A DNA stretch of 63,302 nucleotides, the filler included, from Craspedostauros australis (lineage: Eukaryota), in NCBI GenBank assembly GCA_030167865.1. It is 13 parts of 12 records of this genome, joined end to end, with 100 filler letters (N's around TTAATTAATTAA, not from the genome) between each part and the next. Parts side by side here need not be neighbours in the genome. Positions count along the whole stretch, not along the records: positions 60,772 to 63,302 come from JALAGF010006178.1; 12 more parts are not named here. One strand, written 5' to 3'. Below, one piece after another: positions 61,246 through 63,302 of this stretch (the stretch's first letter is position 1; every line of letters begins with the position of its first letter). The position numbers and the translations under genes were made by a program. The notes under the pieces were generated by a model. The model was given only the letters and a program-made list of their open reading frames with translations, was not told where the DNA came from and made no database searches.

Positions 61246-61965
61246 TGTCAGGAATCGAGGGCGCGACTTTATTCTAATACCTGTACTTGCCGCTCCTTCT
61301 CATACTATCTTCACGACTCAATAGAGTCCACTTTGTTTATCACACTCGGACTACCTTGTAGCTTGTCCCTCCTCACTCCACCTTTCATGACTGGCACCAA
61401 ACACAATCATGTCCCGCGATAGAGTCTATCCTTGTACCATCATGGAAATGAGGGCAAACCTGTAATTCGACCACTAGGGATGTATCCGCACATGAGTCAA
61501 GACTATGTACAATATTGTCAATAAATCCAAAGCAAGTCGATGCACCTGGACAGACAAGAGACACTCCAGAGTCGCCCCAATGGGAAAAACGGTGAGAAGG
61601 AGAAACGGAGGCGATTCCTTAGTCACCCAAGATCACAAATGATGACATGGCATCAGATGAACATGATTGCTGAGGGTGTGGTGGTGGCATAGGAAGAATA
61701 CTGAGGAATCAAAGATGATGTGGGATTGATTGGTCTGAGACCCATGCTGAGGTACCCATACGGCTATGAGAAATACTGCTTGAATGTAGAAGAGGCACAA
61801 TGCTACTGAAATGCATGGTGAAACCGAAGGAGAGAGAGTGAGAGCAAGATGATGATGCAGATGAAAGAAACCACGGACATGAATATGACTATAGTGAACT
61901 GGTACAGATTAAGATTGCTATCAAATTGGAATTGAAGAGAGTCCAGAAGATTGATCTCACAGTTA
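61246..61965 (+). mobile_element. Degenerate family-C element (17054-type), right end missing
   Basis: Starts TGTCAGGAATCG; blocks match 17160-17755 (CGACCACTAGGGATGTA, GAGACCCATGC..GGTACCCAT, AATTGGAATTGAAGAG). Confidence 0.8.
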
Positions 61966-63302
61966 TAATCAGTGTGATATGAGCCCATTCAGTCACAAAC
62001 CAACGAGTCGCGGGGGGAGCAGTCTACATGCGTTTTCAGGTTATTGCAGAATATTATGCAGCGTGTTGTGAAGTATATATAAAAAAATGTCCGAGGTGGA
62101 TCATCATTATATTAGATAAGTTACGGGCTGCTGTGGGTTTCAGGTAGACTCCTTGTAGGCACGCACGAAGTGAAGACGAACGGATGGTGTCAGAACACGA
62201 TTTCGTTGATGGGGCTTCGGGTGGACGAGAAATACAGCATCACAGTGGCCAGCTGGTGGTTTCTGGTGGATTCCAAAGAGAGACGCTAGCGCTAAGTAGC
62301 GAGAAGCNNNNNNNNNNNNNNNNNNNNNNNNNNNNNNNNNNNNNNNNNNNNNNNNNNTAGCGCTAAGTAGCGAGAAGCCTTGAAACCTTTTTGTTGGTCT
62401 TCGAAGATGTCAAACAAGACAAGATTGATCTTTTTGGGGAACAAGAGAATATCAACGTTAAACATGAATCATCCTTTGCATGTGCTTCTGTCGTGCGTTC
62501 TCTGTTTGACTCGTGCTGGAAAATATTCGAATTATTTTGATCCAATCGTTGTGTTTCCTACTGATCGACAGTTTGGGGGTCATGCGTACAGACGGATGTT
62601 CTGCCATGTACATAGCACCAGAATGAATTGACGATCGTGTGGTTCCGTTCCTGTTCCCGTTCCTGTCTCACCAAGAGACGCGCCGAATTGGTTGCATCTG
62701 GCGGGCGTGCTTCATGACTGTCGCAACGAAACGTCAGGAGAGCGAGACGAGATGATTGGACTGAGAATCAAATGATGACGTTTGATAGTGTCAACAACGA
62801 AATCAAGTGAACAATCATCTCATTTTGAATGTAAACCTGCATCATACACATATCACGCATGTAGACATTATGTAGACAAGTTCTTTTGAGGACGAACTCT
62901 ATTGTAGGACGTGACACAAGCCAATATGTAAACTGAACACCCCTGCTCCAACGTGATGATGAGCAGGAGGGTTCCACCATTTCCCTCCCCCAGCTTCCTC
63001 ACTACCACCCAGAAGACTACAGTCACTTCAATGCTTCATCAATGCTCTACTCCTGAGGTTTGAAATGATGGTGTCATATATATCCATGGAGAATTTTTTT
63101 TGCGTCAGGGTGCAAAAACGCCCATTTTTTGCATCCTGATGCAAGTCACCCAAAGATTCTCAATTTGTTGCGTCAGGGTGCAAAAAATAAACTCAACGCG
63201 GAGAATTAACACGGAGCGAAAAATGTTCTGACCCACTCGAATACTCGCCGAAAAAATCATTCAATGTCGTCATTTGTCGCCTGTGCTTTTGAACAAGTAC
63301 TG

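Overview
Repeat-rich eukaryotic DNA, most likely from a diatom. This is inferred from a DUF6824-type gene, CoDi-like copia gag proteins and short GT-AG introns. The window is a draft assembly of 13 pieces joined by artificial N44-TTAATTAATTAA-N44 linkers, with many internal N gaps, so adjacency across linkers is not evidence. About two thirds is nested transposon DNA. It includes one nearly complete but dead Ty1/copia element (family A, 7540-16095), fragments of other copia families, a Sola-like DDD transposase pseudogene, a long-TIR non-autonomous element and a LINE 3' remnant. Host genes include a DUF6824 protein, a conserved unknown protein, a transportin-SR/importin-13-like protein, a cytochrome-b5/MAPR protein, an ankyrin-BTB protein and a D-box/DEN-box protein. 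Three observations stand out. (1) An LTR retrotransposon group (family B) has non-canonical AGTT...AACT termini, supported by two solo LTRs with exact 5-bp TSDs and a 5' LTR whose last T is the first base of a tRNA-iMet-like PBS; a gag of similar type carries a CCHH finger followed by transmembrane segments. (2) A TG...CA element family (C) makes 6-bp TSDs. (3) One gene is a candidate diatom securin/PATRONUS.
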